A stretch of 64,000 bases of DNA, from assembly GCA_016721305.1 (NCBI GenBank), contig JADKIH010000007.1:112595-176594 (forward strand). Direction: 5' to 3'. The translations under genes and the position numbers were made by a program. This DNA is from Bacteroidota bacterium (GTDB taxonomy: Bacteria > Bacteroidota > Bacteroidia > AKYH767-A > 2013-40CM-41-45). Below the pieces are notes generated by a model. The model saw nothing but the letters and a program-made list of their open reading frames with translations, made no database searches and was not told the DNA's origin. Of this stretch, positions 62,088 to 64,000 are shown piece by piece. Each line of letters starts with the position of its first letter. Within the stretch, counting starts at the first letter, position 1.

Positions 62088-64000
62088 ATGAAAAATAACA
62101 CTACACTCACTTTTCTCTTCATCTTGATTGCCGGAATAAGTTTCGGACAGTCGGGAGTAAAACTGACCAGCGGTATGCTGGGAACAATGGAGGCACGTCA
62201 TATTGGTCCGGCGTTATGGGTGGACGTATTACCGCCATCGATGCCGTTAACAAAGATTCGCATTCTGTATGTCGGAACTGCCGGAGGTGGAATCTGAAAT
62301 CTTCAACAGGCGGTTCGCTATTCAAACCAATTTTCGATAAGTACACTCAATCTATCGGAGCAATTGCCATCGATCAGAAAAATCCGGATGTGATCTGGGC
62401 AGGAACAGGTGAATCAAATATGCGAAACACGGTTTCAATCGGGACTGGCTTATATAAATCGACGGATGCCGGAAACAGCTGGTCAAAAGTCGGACTCGAC
62501 AGCACAGAGCATATCAGTCGCGTTGCGATCGACCCAACAAACTCCAATACAGTCTACGGGCAGCACCAGGACCATTATGGGTGATTCTCCGAATCGTGGC
62601 TTATACAAGACTACCGACGGCGGAAAGACGTGGGAGAAGGTGTTATACATCAATCCTACGCACAGGAGTGGCCGAAGTCTTAGTGGATCCGCAAACTCCA
62701 TCGACAATTTACGCCAGCACCTGGGAATTCCGTCGCAAGCCGTATGAGTTTGCATCGGGCGGAAAAGGATCAGCTGTTTACAAAAGTACGGATGGCGGAA
62801 AAACATGGAACAAAATCATCAGTGGCCTGCCTACAGGAGATTTCGGGCGTGTCGCACTAGCATTAGCTCCAAGCGAACCAAAGAACCTATTTGCCATCGT
62901 TGAATCGAAGAAGACAAATCTTTATTTGTCGACCGACGGCGGACAAAACTGGCAGGAGCAAGGCTCGAATAACAACGTGGAAGGTCGTCCTTTTTATTTC
63001 AGCGTAATTGCCGTTGACCCAACAAAATCCGAAACGTGTTTATCGCCCGGCTTGGTCGCTTTCTATCAGCGATGATGGTGGTCGTTCTTTTACCGATGCG
63101 TCATTCGAAGGTGGCTGGGTTCATAGCGATCATCATGCTCTTTGGATTAATCCGAATAACACCAAGCACATGTATCTCGGTACAGACGGCGGAGTTTACA
63201 TGAGTCTCGATAAAGGAAACAACTGGTTATTCCTGAATAATATTCCTGTTTCAATGTTCTACCACGTTGTAACCGACAAAGCCAAACCATATAATGTATA
63301 TGGAGGTTTGCAGGACAATGGTTCATGGTTAGCACCTTCACAAAGCATCGGCGGAATCGATAATGGTGACTGGAAGAATATCGGTGGTGGCGACGGATTC
63401 TGGGTTCAGGTAGATCAATCGAATCCTGATTATGTTTATTCGGAATCACAAGGCGGTTATGCCTCTTGTGTAAACATGAAAACGAACGAGTATTTTTCGA
63501 TACAACCACAAGCATTACCCGGTGAGCCGAAACTTCGCTTCAACTGGAACACGCCGTTGTATGCAAGTCCGACGAATAAGCACAAAATTTACATGGGTGC
63601 TCAGTATTTATACATGTCGGAAAATCGTGGTATCACCTGGAAAAAATTGTCACCGGATCTGACAACGAATGATCCGTTAAAACAAAAGCAGGAAGAAAGC
63701 GGCGGAATCACTACCGACAACTCATCGGCAGAAAATCACTGTACGATTTTCACCGTTGCAGAATCACCTTTCGACGAGAACACCATCTTTGTTGGAACAG
63801 ATGACGGCAACATTCAACTCACGACGAATGGAGGAACGAATTGGACAAAAATCAATCCGGTGATTGCCGGAATGCCTACTCAAATTTGGGTTTCGAGTAT
63901 TGAGCCTAGTAAGTACGATAAGAACACCGTTTACGCTACGCTCGACAATCACATGTACGGCGATATGAATACTTACGCCGTCGTTTCACATGACATGGGC
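62088..64000 (+). CDS. BNR/Asp-box repeat (sortilin/VPS10-like) protein, runs off the window end; 4 or more frameshifts
   Basis: Repeated S/TxDxGxTW motifs (STDGGQNW, TTDGGKTW, SLDKGNNW, TTNGGTNW) spread over four or five overlapping ORFs in different frames. Confidence 0.6.

Noticed and set aside
1-64000. Mobile elements, integrases, transposases, prophage genes, toxin-antitoxin or restriction-modification defence genes
   Set aside because: None are recognisable in any frame. The window looks like core chromosome, and its only accessory-like content is the repeat arrays.

Overview
This is a 64-kb chromosomal segment that reads as Bacteroidota. The evidence is three T9SS C-terminal sorting domains, the bamD-rpoZ-coaBC-DUF4835 gene order, an exosortase XrtF pair, an SPT-like alpha-oxoamine synthase, a histone-H1-like protein and Bacteroidetes-style TAnnTTTG -7 motifs.

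The gene content is mostly housekeeping: recF, ndk, pntAA/pntAB/pntB, ffh, folD, queE, kdsA, ribBA, lptF/G, coaBC, ychF, gmhB, fmt, recQ, clpB, a thiolase, truA and an MsbA-like ABC exporter. No transposase, integrase, CRISPR array or rRNA is visible.

About 15 genes are interrupted by frameshifts. The six junctions I read base by base (kdsA, clpB, thiolase, small T9SS protein, DUF1801, NlpC/P60) are each a 1-bp deletion or indel inside a homopolymer run; the others appear as adjacent ORFs in different frames. I treat them as probable sequencing errors, not pseudogenes. They become denser toward the 3' end of the window. One glycosyltransferase carries an in-frame TGA instead.

Observations worth a second look:
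1. An XrtF exosortase and its partner lie directly beside an SBBP beta-propeller repeat protein whose C-terminus matches the IPTL-CTERM sorting signal. It is a candidate XrtF substrate.
2. A family of intergenic, phase-palindromic octamer arrays (AGCTRATT)n occurs at 7 or more gene ends, usually as inverted pairs that could fold into long hairpins. It looks like a new REP-like element class.
3. Heptamer arrays (TACTTAC)n occur at four sites, two of them behind a conserved leader.
4. A telomere-like, G-quadruplex-capable (GGGTTRC)9 array sits in the TPR/recF divergent promoter.
5. Three tandem tRNA-like fragments form a scrambled cluster in which no single copy folds into a canonical cloverleaf.
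6. An uncharacterised outer-membrane beta-barrel plus lipoprotein pair, and an unknown gene wedged inside the pnt operon.
7. A ComA-like phosphosulfolactate synthase together with an SPT/CapB-like enzyme hints at sulfonolipid metabolism.
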